From positions 248,001 through 312,000 of the forward strand of contig SMSO01000025.1 in NCBI GenBank assembly GCA_004764695.1: a DNA stretch of 64,000 bases, written 5' to 3'. The notes under the pieces were generated by a model. The model was not told the DNA's origin and made no database searches. It worked only from the letters and a program-made list of their open reading frames with translations. Shown in pieces: positions 46,234 to 58,256 of this stretch. The stretch comes from Schizochytrium sp. TIO01 (Eukaryota; Protista; Bigyra: Labyrinthulomycetes). Positions within the stretch are counted from its first letter, which is position 1. The number at the start of each line of letters is the position of its first letter. Both the position numbers and the translations under genes were made by a program.

Positions 46234-49200
46234 ATGATGGCAGAGGCGGATGGTAAGGCCCTTCGTCCTCTGGTAGTAGTGACGGGCACGCCGGACGGCT
46301 CGTTGGCCAGCGCTGTGCCACACGGTATAGGCGCTGCTGGCCACGATGCTGCCATGGTCGCCGCGGGCCTCCGCTCAGGCCTTCATGAGCTCCTGCGAAG
46401 CGCAGGAATCACAAATAGACGTCACCACGGGGCACAACTCAATGATCACGGCGGAAGCTCCAAAAATGTAGGTCTTCAGAACGTAGATATGAGCAAAAAT
46501 TCACAGGATCCTGGAGAGAACAAAGGCTTCGTGGTGCATGAAAGATCATTTTCCTTCGAGTACCCGACGAAGAAGTCAGCAACAATGTATCCGCAGGTCC
46601 GTCTGCAAGAAATGCGCAGAGGACTCGACACTGACCTGCCCCAGTCCCCGTCCTCACAAATCACACCGCTAAGAGGAATTCTGGCCAAGGCGTGGATGGA
46701 CAAACATGAGAAACTCATCCCTAGTGTTGTCCTCCTTGTGTGCAGGTATGAGACCACAGATGCACAGGTTGGAAAACTCATCGGAGACTTGAGGCAAAAC
46801 CTTAAACAGCACTCCACACTTGTGCACATCATGGTTGTTCTCTTCTCTGAGAATGACGTTCCTTCGGCACTTGAAGTTCCACACAAAACGGAGCAGGTGC
46901 AGCAACGTGTGCAAATCCTCGCACGGGAGGTTAAACTTCCTAGCCAATGTATTGCCGTCATTAATAGTGGCGATGCGGCTGAGGGACCACTTGTAGGCCT
47001 TGCTCGCGCGGTGCGTAGCGAGTCCAGTGCATATTATTCTTCAAAGGCGGTCCGTGTGCAGCAACACTTGCTCCGTCTGAGCCAACAGCAAATGGGGCGC
47101 GGTCGCCGAGCCGAGGCCGTTTATGCAGCAAATGTTCGGTATAATCTAAAAATGGCTCACCTATTTGAAGCCACCTTTACTTTTGAAAAGGCGTTAAAGC
47201 ATCACGAGGTCGCATACTTGGCATGCATTGAGCTCGCCACAAGAAAAATTGCGACCCATGTTGGCGCTGCAGAAGAGGAGTTTCTCTTTTACGAAACAGG
47301 TACCTATCCTGCAATGGAAATAAAGTCTCTCGCTGAATGGATTCATTTACGACTGTGTTACCTGAGACTTTTTTCGAGTCAGAGCACTAAAGCAATCCTT
47401 GCTCAGTTCGATCGCCACATGGCCTCGTTTAGAAACCTAACCGGACCCAGTAGTCTTATCTTCCAGCATTGGATGTGGATGTCTCGCCAGCATACTCGTT
47501 TTGCACAACTTATTCAAGAACTACGCACGGCCGTGTCAATGTCTGGATTGTCACCACTCGATAGAGCCAGACTTCAGGTTGCTTACCACCTCCGTCTCGC
47601 TGCGCGATTTGCCGTCCAGCGCAGGGAGGCTGCTCAGATGCTTGGTATCTCTGGGCCCCATGCAGAAAGGACTGAGCAGCTAAAAGCCCAGGAACAACGT
47701 ATGAGTGAGCAGCATCATGCCCGCATTGAACCAAGTTTGTACATCGGTGCCTATCCGGAAATAGTTGTAGAAGGTGCCGCTCCATTAGATTCCTCTGCGG
47801 CACATTCGCTCATTCAGTGCGCTATATATCTAGAGGAAGCAAAATGTGACCAAGGCGAAATTGCGTTGGACCTCTTACAACAGGTATTAGAGAAGTCTAC
47901 GGAGACGAACAAGGATGCACGAAGCGTGCGTCAGATCGCTGGAATTCGAGCTCGCATTGGCTGCGAGCTTGTTCAGCGTGGAGAGACCGAGCTCGCGATG
48001 AAAGATCTGCTGCACGCTGCGCATGTTTTTAATCGTGAGCACTGGTTTACCCTTGCCGAACCTGTATTATGTGATATCATCAACTCGGCTGAAAAATTGA
48101 CACCTGGTAATGCCACATTCGATATTGATGCAGTCTCAGAGCGTCGCAAAGTTATGCATAGTGCTCTTCGCCTTCTCTCGATGCGCAGGGTTCCCGCATC
48201 ACAGAAAGAAGATGTAACAAAGAAACTACTCAAGTGGCTAGGGAAACCGGTACGGCGTGCAGAAGACCCAAGCACACCAGATGGCGCGCGCCTGAAATTA
48301 GCTTTCTCGCTTGATGATCTTGAGGAACCCCCTATCCAATGGTTTGCCTGGTTCGATCAACGCGAAGCTGCCGTGGGGGACACGGTACAGCTTCATGTAC
48401 GTATCCGATCCACATTCCATGTCGATACTCATTATCAAACACTTTGTGTCATCTTCAACCAATCCCGTTACGAGGTCACGCTCGGTGACAACATCCACTT
48501 TGCTTCCAACGAGGAGAAGATATTTCAAGTATCTGTGCAGCTTCATGACCTAGAGGATGCAAACAAAGATCATCAAAACCAGCAACAACATGCACAATTG
48601 GGGCAGAATCAGACAGGAATTGAGCCACAGCAAGGCGAAACTGCAATGGCAGCTTCCCCAACGGTTCCTAAAGCTGGAGTCCCACTCACGCCGCTGCGCT
48701 TGCAGCTTAAGCTCGTATCTGATAAAGCTGAAGGGTTAGGCTCCCAGGTCGAACCTCCACCCGGATATACGATGTTATCTGCTGTGTCTTTGTGGGCTTC
48801 GGCGTGCGAGACAGCATCCGCACCGTTGCATTCTAGCGGCACCGTACTAAATCTCATTAATAACACAGGCCCACAGCCAATCGAAGCAGCTTCACCAAGG
48901 CGAAACAAAGCTTCTATTTTAGATGCCCCCAATGAAGTACAAAACAAGTCAAAGCAACATGAAAGTGGGATTACCAAATCAACTCCCAAAGGTCGCTTAC
49001 CTCGGACTTTGATCATTTATCCATTTGAAAGTGACGTGCAAATTTCGTTACAGCACGAAGGTTTTGCCTTAGTTGGTGAGATGTTTAGTCTTGAAGTTCA
49101 TTTGACAGCAGGGAAAAACGTTATTTCAGGTGGTCAATTGTTCGTGGCATGCGATCCTCCTCTACAATCGAAATCCACTCCCTTCTTTTTCAATGAGCAA

Positions 49201-50214
49201 GGCGAGCCGCTGACCCTTTCTAGTGAGAGTCTTCAGCCTGTTGAACCTTTGAAACACGATGTTCAGATGAATGCAGGAGGTCAGAGTATTGTCAGGCTTG
49301 CGTGCAGGTTTAGCTCATTGCCCTTTTCAGCTTCAGCTGCAGATGGCCGACGCCAAGCGCGTACCTGTATCGTTTCATTGGATTATGCACTTCCTCAAAG
49401 TGGAATCCAGGTACGTGCTTGCAAGTCTTTTGAAATTCCATGTTGCTTACCTTTTCAGACTCGGGTAAACTTAATTCCCCGCAACCCTCAACTGCCTAGC
49501 GCTCTGAGCGTCAATGCTCCTTGTACCGTAGATCTTGATCTCATGTGCCCCCGCGAACCTCAAATCGTCGAACGTATTCAGGTTGTTGATATTCGTGTTG
49601 AACCTTCAGAATCTTGTGTTATCTCTAAAGAGACACGGTCCCCTTTACTCGCACCTCGTAAGGATGAAGGCACAGACAAGAGTCAAGCAACAACTTCGAC
49701 ATCCATTCTCCCGGCACCTGTGACAATGCACGGGGGCGACAGGCTTTCTCTTGGTTTCGAGATTAGCACAAGTGCAGCTGGGGATAATACCACATTGGGT
49801 TACGTTGCCGTAACATGGCGCCGACGAGAAGAAAAGCCAGATGCAACCATGTATGTTCCTTTGCCCAAGCTACGTGTCGAGCATACACAATTCTATTTTT
49901 CGTTGTCAACAAATCCGGAGAAAACAAGGCGTGTTGGTGAGGCTATGGTCGCTACCATAAATATCCAAAATGCCAGTGAGATTGCTCAGGAGCTTGACGT
50001 GCTCGTGGAAAAGAGCCCATACTTTTTCATGGCTGGCACCTACTTTACTACGCTCATTCTTGCACCAATGCAGTCTACACAGTTTAAGCTCAACCTTGTA
50101 CCGCTCCTGAGTGGTAATTTACAGCTTCCAAATGTCACAGTAGAGTCCAAACGTCTCAAGGCAAAGTACACTGTACCCTCGCCCACTGAGTCTATGATTT
50201 TTGTTGCCCCTTAA
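46234..50214 (+). CDS. TRAPPC11: Trafficking protein particle complex subunit 11 (foie gras/gryzun)
   Basis: GILAKAWMDKHEKLIPSVV, VRYNLKMAHLFE, MEIKSLAEWIHLRLC, QFDRHM, WMWMSRQH..FAQL, C-terminal FFMAG...NLVPLLSGNLQLP. Confidence 0.88.
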   Translation: MMAEADGKALRPLVVVTGTPDGSLASAVPHGIGAAGHDAAMVAAGLRSGLHELLRSAGITNRRHHGAQLNDHGGSSKNVGLQNVDMSKNSQDPGENKGFVVHERSFSFEYPTKKSATMYPQVRLQEMRRGLDTDLPQSPSSQITPLRGILAKAWMDKHEKLIPSVVLLVCRYETTDAQVGKLIGDLRQNLKQHSTLVHIMVVLFSENDVPSALEVPHKTEQVQQRVQILAREVKLPSQCIAVINSGDAAEGPLVGLARAVRSESSAYYSSKAVRVQQHLLRLSQQQMGRGRRAEAVYAANVRYNLKMAHLFEATFTFEKALKHHEVAYLACIELATRKIATHVGAAEEEFLFYETGTYPAMEIKSLAEWIHLRLCYLRLFSSQSTKAILAQFDRHMASFRNLTGPSSLIFQHWMWMSRQHTRFAQLIQELRTAVSMSGLSPLDRARLQVAYHLRLAARFAVQRREAAQMLGISGPHAERTEQLKAQEQRMSEQHHARIEPSLYIGAYPEIVVEGAAPLDSSAAHSLIQCAIYLEEAKCDQGEIALDLLQQVLEKSTETNKDARSVRQIAGIRARIGCELVQRGETELAMKDLLHAAHVFNREHWFTLAEPVLCDIINSAEKLTPGNATFDIDAVSERRKVMHSALRLLSMRRVPASQKEDVTKKLLKWLGKPVRRAEDPSTPDGARLKLAFSLDDLEEPPIQWFAWFDQREAAVGDTVQLHVRIRSTFHVDTHYQTLCVIFNQSRYEVTLGDNIHFASNEEKIFQVSVQLHDLEDANKDHQNQQQHAQLGQNQTGIEPQQGETAMAASPTVPKAGVPLTPLRLQLKLVSDKAEGLGSQVEPPPGYTMLSAVSLWASACETASAPLHSSGTVLNLINNTGPQPIEAASPRRNKASILDAPNEVQNKSKQHESGITKSTPKGRLPRTLIIYPFESDVQISLQHEGFALVGEMFSLEVHLTAGKNVISGGQLFVACDPPLQSKSTPFFFNEQGEPLTLSSESLQPVEPLKHDVQMNAGGQSIVRLACRFSSLPFSASAADGRRQARTCIVSLDYALPQSGIQVRACKSFEIPCCLPFQTRVNLIPRNPQLPSALSVNAPCTVDLDLMCPREPQIVERIQVVDIRVEPSESCVISKETRSPLLAPRKDEGTDKSQATTSTSILPAPVTMHGGDRLSLGFEISTSAAGDNTTLGYVAVTWRRREEKPDATMYVPLPKLRVEHTQFYFSLSTNPEKTRRVGEAMVATINIQNASEIAQELDVLVEKSPYFFMAGTYFTTLILAPMQSTQFKLNLVPLLSGNLQLPNVTVESKRLKAKYTVPSPTESMIFVAP

Positions 50215-50459
50215 TATTGAGTCAAACAATGAGCATCACTATATGCATATTCTTGATCCCCCCTCGTCATTGCACTTGTGTTGATTTGACATGCAGATTA
50301 ATTTTTTGTTGTCCAGCCTAAAATATAGCTTTAGAGCCTGACATAGGAGAGCAAAACCACTTAGAGTCTGTAAGAAATAGAAGTAGGAACGACACATCAT
50401 ACATAACATGTAGTTAAGAGTTATTTGAATATTTGGTCATTAAAAAGAGCTACGTTGGT

Positions 50460-52999
50460 TTACAAGTAATTCGACCTGTTTTTGCCTAATTTGGCATTTG
50501 CGTAAGTTGAAAGCAGGGCTACAAGTGGTTCTATTTCCTGACGTAGCTCAGTTGTGTGAAGAATGCCCTCACAGAGATCATCCACTTGGCGGCTCCAGTT
50601 CATATAAGAATAGTCATTTGCCCGCTGTAATCTTAGAATATTCTTATAAACAGCAACAAGTTGCTCATAAGTGTGTCTCTGAAGTAAATCGTTGTCACGA
50701 ACCTTTTGTGCAGTAGCACGACGGCCAAGAACAATATCGTTCAGAATGCGACGGCAGTGCTGATCCAATTGGGCTCGAACCTCCTCCTCAATTTCATACA
50801 AGATTGTCTGAGGTAGGTCACGTGCAGAGCTCATAAGTGAAGAAAGATATGCTTCTTTGGCTCGCTCAAGCTTCATGTGGATCTCTCTCATAATGTTTTG
50901 CGCATCTGATGTGGAGTCTTGTCGAGAAAGGTGGCGCTGCGGCGCAGAATCATATGCAACACCCCAACCTGCTGGCTCAGACATAAAGGAAGGAGGAGGG
51001 CTCAACACAGATGGTGGAGGCTGGGACAATGGTGAACCGATTCGAAGCTGCTGTTGACCACTACCGCTGTCACTGCCCTTACTTTTACCTACGCCATTTG
51101 CTTCAGGCGAAACTGGGGGGGGCGCGACGGAGGGCGGTTGTCGGGTGGCAATTCGGTGACTGTGAGGAAACCTGGAATTGATCGCGGTGACGTACTAGAG
51201 AGAGAAACTTGACTTAGTTTGTTTTCGATTTCGCGGGAGTCAGAGTTTGAGAATTTAGACATTGAATATGTAGCGCTTGCGTGATCATAGAATTCGGGTT
51301 CAATCTCAGAATACTCTGACTTCATTCCCACTGCGTCAACAAAATCCTCCTCATTCTCAACAGCATCATCAAAAGACGAGGCGCTTCGTGACGGAGGCTG
51401 TGGGCGGGGTGATCTGGGTGGAGATGGACTTCTAAGCGGTGGGGATGATGCTTTGGGACTCATAGATTTACCCGAGCGTCGCGTGTATGTAGAATTGGTG
51501 TCGGGCATCGGTCCTGAAAGAGAGTCCCACTTGCCTCGAAGGGTTTTGCTCAAGATCTCTGCAGATGCGTCAGACTTGGAACCGCTCAACCTGGAGGACA
51601 CTACTGCCTGCACACTCTCAACCTCACGCGCCATTAGCCCAACAGCCCATTCACGAATCGTAGTTTCGCTTACATCAGGAAGTGAGTCACGCGTTGATTC
51701 ATTTTCCATGAGAGCACGTTTAATTGCATGGCACATCTCATCTAGACGGCGCTGTTGATGCAAATCTTTTCCAAGCTGATCGTGAGCAGCGGTAGCAGCA
51801 AAACCAAGTTCACGTAGTTTCTTGTGATAGGCAGACCGTGCCTTTTCAAACACTCCATGCATAGCCCGGTCACGTTTCTGTGTTTCCTCAAAAGTTTGAA
51901 ATGCTGATATACTTTGTGCACGGATATCATGGTTTTGAGCAACAGCTAAATGAAGAAGCTGCGAGACCTCGACGAGCGTTGAGCCAACTTCTGTCTCAGC
52001 ATCAGCAGTCAGCGGGACTGAGTTCTCATCAACCAAAGAGAGAAAACTTTCCTGCCGCCCAGAGAGTGCAGATGAATTGAACACATGTTTGGCCACCGAC
52101 TCGACCTCATGCCATTTAAGGTATACTTGGGCGTCAGAACGAATAGAAGTAGCCGAGGACCGCTGGCTGGCGTTTTCCTTGGCCCACGAGGTGCGGATGG
52201 AACGTTGCACAATGCTCTCCACAACAGACCTCACGCGAATAAAAAACTTCAGATCTTCTGTATCATAGTATTCCTCTAAAAAGCGAGCGAATACCTCAAC
52301 GTCAATACGGTGGCGTCGGTGTGTATGCACACTGAGTACCATATCCCAAGCAACTTGGTCAACGATCTGCCGCAAGCCATAACGTTTAGTGAGATGGTCC
52401 ATGACAAAAACAGGGAATACGCGAAGCTCCTCACGATCATATTTGCTATTCATGCTAAGACGGTCATCATAAACGTCGTTCACGAGACCCATGAGCCATT
52501 TAAGTGACCGTGGCTTGGGCTCAAGTCTATCGCGCATTTCAATCAAAGAGCAAAATTTAGAGTACGTTGAAAAATCCTCCACCTCTCCTGAAGACCTGAA
52601 GGCTTTCAGCATGCGTCTAGTTTCTTGAGACGGTCTTGAACCTGCCAAAATAGTTTCAGGGCCACTTCTGCGGCTTCGAGGCGACACCATCTGAGCTCTT
52701 GCGTCGACACTTGCTGCCGCAAAGCTGGACTCTGAGAAAGAAGGCATTCTGTGTCCTCCGTTAGGTCCAATTTTCGCAGCTGCAGCGGCTTTAGATTTAA
52801 GGTCATTCGAGAAGTACTCGCGCTCAGCATCGTCCTCGTCGTCGACGCCACCGCTGCTCCCACGTAGGAACGCGATATCCGCTAGATAAGACGCGCCGTC
52901 ATCCGAGCGCACGAATGTGATTTCATTTTCAGCTAGAAAAGAGAGATAATCTTCGCGCTCTGCGGCGTCTTCCACGCCGCCCAGTTCCACTACGACCAT
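50460..52999 (-). CDS. Conserved protist protein with TSNAXIP1-like helical domain; single gene split by a frame break at the C8 run (plus strand G 51115-51122)
   Basis: RSLKWLMGLVNDVYDD...FPVFVMDHLTKRYGLRQIVDQVAWD...EVFARFLEEYYD. Adding one C reads PPVSPEANGVGKSKG...LSQPPPS straight into the 50460-51029 ORF. Confidence 0.65.
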
Positions 53000-55533
53000 C
53001 CTTGTGAACTCGACCCACCTAAATTTGGCCAGGAACGTAGCTTTGGTTGATTATTGATTGGACATCGATTAATATGTGTTGATTGAGAAGTTGTTTGAAA
53101 GCGATTATATTAGTTGGGATTTGTGCATTTTTATTACCCTTTGCTCCAGTTCTACATATAGATTAAAAGCAACTCGATACAGGCCACCTTGAGCTTTAAA
53201 CATAGAGAACCTAAGTGAACGCAAGGCATTTCGAGTTTCATTTTTTAGCTGCTTATACTCAGGTAAGTCCTAGAAGAAAAGAATATGCTCAAAACGAGCA
53301 ATGACACACGTTTTTGTGCGGATTTGCAAATCATTTTGACAGAACTGCACAATTTTATTTATATTTATCTTTTTTCCTTTTCCCCCCTTCTTTAAAAAAA
53401 AAAGTCGTTTATCTTTCTTGGTTTTGGTGCAAAGCAAGGAAACGATTTTCCTTCCTTTCCCTTTAAACAACGCGCGAGTTAACTTGAGGTATTGAAGTTG
53501 GCATTTGGTTGGTAAAGATTCTTGTCTTTATTAAATGGTTTGAACGCACCATTCGCAAACACTATTCTTATACGATAAATGCGCCAGGTGCAGGAGTAGG
53601 TGTGTACCTGTTTTATTGTGTAGGACCGTTATTTTGCAAATAGACTAGGTAAATAAAGAGGGGGCTTCTTTATTGAAAATGAAGCACGAACAACTTTAGA
53701 TCATCCATGATTGAAAAGAAACTTGTATTGGGTGTTATATAAGAACATACAATTTTAGAGATGAAAACCTACCTGCTGATATATTATGCATGGCTTCCCT
53801 GACTTCTCAAATCTCTATTTGAGGAAAAGTGTATCATAAGGTTGGACAAGTAAAAAAAATTGTGGTTAAAAGTCGCTCTTTGTAAAGCATTTTATCTAAG
53901 CACACGGCGCGCATAAATTCTAACCTTATTAGTTTAGGTGGAGTGTTATAAGCTCTTGAAACATATTGCTTGTTTGTTTGACTTTGCAAATACAGAGATT
54001 TAGGTAATCAATCTTCTACCGAATCATATTAAGTATACGAATTGATAGATTCAATTGGGAAGTTAGTTACATCTCTGAACTAGTTTTGTAGAAATTATCC
54101 GAAGGGACAGCTTAGTTGGTATACCTAAAACATTGATCAAGACATTACTTGCAAACCTCCTGAACATTACCAGCTCCGCTTCTTTATTAATAAAGGCTGA
54201 TTTGATGACCATGCAGTCTCTTGATTATTCGATAAAGAAAGATCAAATATGTTCCTACGTCGCTCCAGATTTTCAATACATGCTGTGTGAAAAAAAAACA
54301 AAAAAATATAAAACCTCCCCGGAAGAAATGTAAAATAGAATCACAGTCCATGCAGCTTTACTTTGGAGAGAGACTTTTTTTAAAACGATAAATCATAACT
54401 ACTATGTACCTAGCCTTAGCTTAGCTCAATGTATGAATAGGCGTCAATGACAACTCAAACAATGTGCGCAATGCTTAATTTCACAACAATCATTTGTGGT
54501 GGTTTCTATCATCTTAGTTGGTCCTTATATAAGAATTGTCAATTTTAACTATTGATCGTGCCCTTATGAAAGGTTCGTCCATAGTTCATACAGATTGTCA
54601 ACTGATGACAGCAACAACAAATTGTCAGATTAAATTTCACCCACATTATTTTGTTAGCACAAAGAAGTCTTCACTTGGCTAAAACGTATTGCTTGCATTG
54701 CGAATGCTAAGTATCTTTCCAGTTTAAGTATGAGTTGCTCTTAGTTTCCCCAAACAACTCTAGCCAGCGCCAAAGTTCATTTTCACTCCAACCTTAATTT
54801 TCGTTTGTCTTACAGCAGAGTAGAGATTGTCTTGTTGGCTTTAAATTTAGCGCTCTTTATGTAAGTGTCCCATGCGCGTATCAAATGTATCAAATTATCC
54901 ATTCGTCCCATACAATGTTCTCGCCCCTCCAAAATTCCTATCAGAAATATCACCCTCCGTCCCGGGTCTCCCCAGTGGATTCTTGATACCCTTTTCCCCC
55001 TTCCCAGTACCTATCACCTCTTTGATACACTATTCACAGCGCTCTTCATGGTGTTTGCATGTCTTGACCTTGTCAGGTCTTACGTGACCACCAGTTACTT
55101 TCCCCTTGTCCTTCCATTTCCAAGGCGACGGCGCTTATGCATTAAAATAAAGAACCACATGAAAGAACAGTCAGGTAGCGGGCTACGAGATTGATATGGA
55201 CGAGCAAGGCAATGGTCAGCTTAGAGAGTCAGCATGTCGTGCGTCAGACATCGGCGAGAACCGCAATCTTAGCAAGAACGATTGCTTAGACGATCTGTAG
55301 AAAATAGTAGTCTAAGAAATTACATAGTAGCTTCAAGTATAAGGGTATCTACTTACTATTGATGAAGACAAGTTCACCAAATAAGCACTCTTTGGGCTTC
55401 ACAAACCCACATCGTGCTCGGCGGCTACCGAGTTGCTGCCGCTTGAGACAGGAATCTGTCACTGCGTGGATCTGCTCGTGTGCCTGCCTCTCTACCTCTG
55501 TCTTCCTCTGCGTAGACTGGAACCTGGCTGAAG

Positions 55534-57771
55534 ATGGCAGCGCTGGTGGCCCCGGACGCTGCTTTAGCGGCACCCGAGGTCTCTGAAACCTCCAACGCGG
55601 TCTCCGCAATCGTTGAGAAAGCCTCTAAGCCTTCCAAGACTATTTTAAGCGTGAAGTCCCATTCCCTCGTGTGGCACCAGAACGCTTCCAGCAAGGAAGA
55701 CGGTATTGCCTGCACTTTCTGCGGTGCTTCTGGTCTAGAATCGCTCGCGAAACAGCTCTCTCGCGTCGCAGACTTCAAAGGACTTGAGTCCACCGCCAAG
55801 GTCTTTGATGAGACTGCTTCCAGACACTCTGAAGATCTTCAAGGTCTTCTCAGCTCAAACGTGGTGACTTGTAGCCTCGGGTGTGGTGGACTTTACTGTT
55901 CTCCAGAATGTTGTGAAAGAGACTTCGAGGAGGGGGGACACCGTTTTCTTTGCCTTGGCCATGCCCATAGCGAGGACCACGAACTCTATCAAGCACGTCT
56001 TCTCGCATATGCAAGTGGTTACTGTGATGAATTTGGCCTTGCTCAAAGACTTCTTGGTCGTCTCATCGCAGAGCTCGAAAATCAATGTACCGACCTGCTT
56101 GACCTTATCACCCAACGGGGTGAACCGTGGGAATGTTTCGAAGAGAGCGCAGAGGACGTGCAAAGTACCGTAGAAGAGATGTGGGAGTTGTACTGCGGTG
56201 CCATTCCTGTAATTGCAGAGCTAGATAAGCTAGACGCGGAAGTGTGGAGCAAACTCGTTGGTTTTGCGGTGCAGAATCGTCTTGAAGTGGAGCAGCTGGA
56301 AACTCCTCTTTTGAGATTTGCCGAGTACTTAAAAAACATGGTGCCTGCTGCGCAAGAAAGACTTGGAAGGATTTTTGTGAATGCACTCCAAGCGAGGAAC
56401 ATGCACATCGATGACCAGAACGACCTCTCGGAGGAAGAGGAAGGCGAGGAAGATGGAGAAGAAGATCTCGGAGAGTACTCTGCGGGCGGTGACGATGATG
56501 AGAATGAGGAAAGTGAGGGTGGAGCAGATGCCGGTAAACTACCCTTGACGCTTGCACGTTTTATTGCAGAACCAAAGATCTACTTGCCATCACTTTCAGG
56601 TATGGTGATTCCCTTGTTTAACAGCTCTGACAAGTATCGCCACAGTTGCGCACCGACGATGGAGATCCGCTGGAGATCTTCAGGAATCGAAGGGGTGCAA
56701 GCTCACATGGAAAAGCACTGGATTGTTGGTGGCGAGGAGAGCTACTGCTTCATCGACCGCTCCTTGTCTCTGGAGGACCGCCAAGAGGAGCTGGCAGAGC
56801 GTAACATTTTTTGCCAATGTGCTCGCTGTGTTCTTGAGTCTTCTGATGGTGTAAACAACGAAAGCATTAGCACACTGACGCTCAAGTTGATTCTCGAGCA
56901 ACTTCAGGCAGATGACCTTTTCACTGAGGCCCTGCAGGTAGCGGATATTATTCTTGAGCGCGACTCTCTTGATGTTGAGGTTCTCTACACAAAATCTCGT
57001 CTGTTGAGTTGGACTGACCGCTGGACTGCGGCTCACCATTTGCGCATGGAAACCTTGGCACTCGTAGAGTCGAGCAATCGTGTTTGGACAGACAAAGAAC
57101 AAGACATCATTCACAAAATTAGACGTACTGCCCGTGTCCATGAGGGCTTTGCTTGCTCTGGTCTTGCTCCTCTTCCAGAAAGTAGCATTGATGACCAATT
57201 CGAAAGTGTTGATACGCTTGATTTTGCAGGTGCCACAGAGTCCACGGGTCACATTTGGTACTCTAAGCCTGATCATCCAGTGATGGATCGTGAAACTTGC
57301 AAGCGAATTATTGATGAAGCTGAAAAGTATGCTCAGGAAATGGGCGGGTGGTCCAGCACTCGTCACTATGCAGTGCCAACCACAGATATTGAGGTGAGTG
57401 AGCTCCCTTTCGTTAAAGAGGCATTTGCAAATGCGCTCCGTGAGCGCATTTACCCCGCCTTGGCCACTCAATTTAATGTTGACCCCAATAAAATTCGCCC
57501 GGTCGATGCCTTCTTGGTAAAGTATGATGCTAGCAAGCAGAACCACCTCCCTGTTCACTCTGATGAAAGCCAGTTCAGCTTTACACTTGCACTCAATGAT
57601 CCTAGCGAGTATATTGGTGGTGGCACGTGGTTCCCTGGCCTTGGGGAGTCCCTAAATGCACATGCTGGAGGTATGGTCAGTTTCCCTGGCCCGGTGGCCC
57701 ATGGCGGAAATGCAATTACAAGCGGGAAGCGCTATATTATTGCAGCATTCCTTTATGCCTTGGAAGAGTAA
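55534..57771 (+). CDS. Degenerate SET/MYND (SMYD-like) + TPR-like + 2OG-Fe(II) oxygenase (PLOD C-terminal type) fusion
   Basis: MYND-like CTFC...CSLGCGGLYCSPEC...HRFLC; SET-like RHSCAPT; post-SET FCQCARC; oxygenase RHYAVPTTD, FLVKY, PVHSDES, LN..EYIGGGTWF, HGGNAITSGKRY. Confidence 0.8.
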   Translation: MAALVAPDAALAAPEVSETSNAVSAIVEKASKPSKTILSVKSHSLVWHQNASSKEDGIACTFCGASGLESLAKQLSRVADFKGLESTAKVFDETASRHSEDLQGLLSSNVVTCSLGCGGLYCSPECCERDFEEGGHRFLCLGHAHSEDHELYQARLLAYASGYCDEFGLAQRLLGRLIAELENQCTDLLDLITQRGEPWECFEESAEDVQSTVEEMWELYCGAIPVIAELDKLDAEVWSKLVGFAVQNRLEVEQLETPLLRFAEYLKNMVPAAQERLGRIFVNALQARNMHIDDQNDLSEEEEGEEDGEEDLGEYSAGGDDDENEESEGGADAGKLPLTLARFIAEPKIYLPSLSGMVIPLFNSSDKYRHSCAPTMEIRWRSSGIEGVQAHMEKHWIVGGEESYCFIDRSLSLEDRQEELAERNIFCQCARCVLESSDGVNNESISTLTLKLILEQLQADDLFTEALQVADIILERDSLDVEVLYTKSRLLSWTDRWTAAHHLRMETLALVESSNRVWTDKEQDIIHKIRRTARVHEGFACSGLAPLPESSIDDQFESVDTLDFAGATESTGHIWYSKPDHPVMDRETCKRIIDEAEKYAQEMGGWSSTRHYAVPTTDIEVSELPFVKEAFANALRERIYPALATQFNVDPNKIRPVDAFLVKYDASKQNHLPVHSDESQFSFTLALNDPSEYIGGGTWFPGLGESLNAHAGGMVSFPGPVAHGGNAITSGKRYIIAAFLYALEE

Positions 57772-58256
57772 ATGTGTGCTTTTTCGCGGCAACTACAATA
57801 TAGGAAAATGTAGTCAAACTATTAAAATCAATCATTAGAATAAATCGTACCTTGACGTTTTTAGCAAACACAGGCCCGTATGGTGTATTTTGTTCTCACC
57901 AACCACCGCAATGAAATACGTTTTGGATTTTTTGGATGTTAGCTTTTGTTTCCACAAAACTTGTTGTCTTTTTCTACTGCAGTTTGCGGAGCGGGGTGCG
58001 ATGAAGCGAACACTAATACCAGTAGACTGAAACAAATTATCCGGAAATTAAATTTGGAGAAAGTTTTTAATTGGTATTTGTTTTGATCATTTGATCATTT
58101 CTTCTGTGGGCATGATTGCTAATTCAAAAGATTAAACAGATCGAGCATATTCAAAGCTTTTCATATTATTATGTCAATTAAATCTTACGACGAAAAGCGA
58201 CAGGGGGGAATAAAGTCCGCAAACCAGTAGACGGAGATACGTTTGTACAAGTAAAT

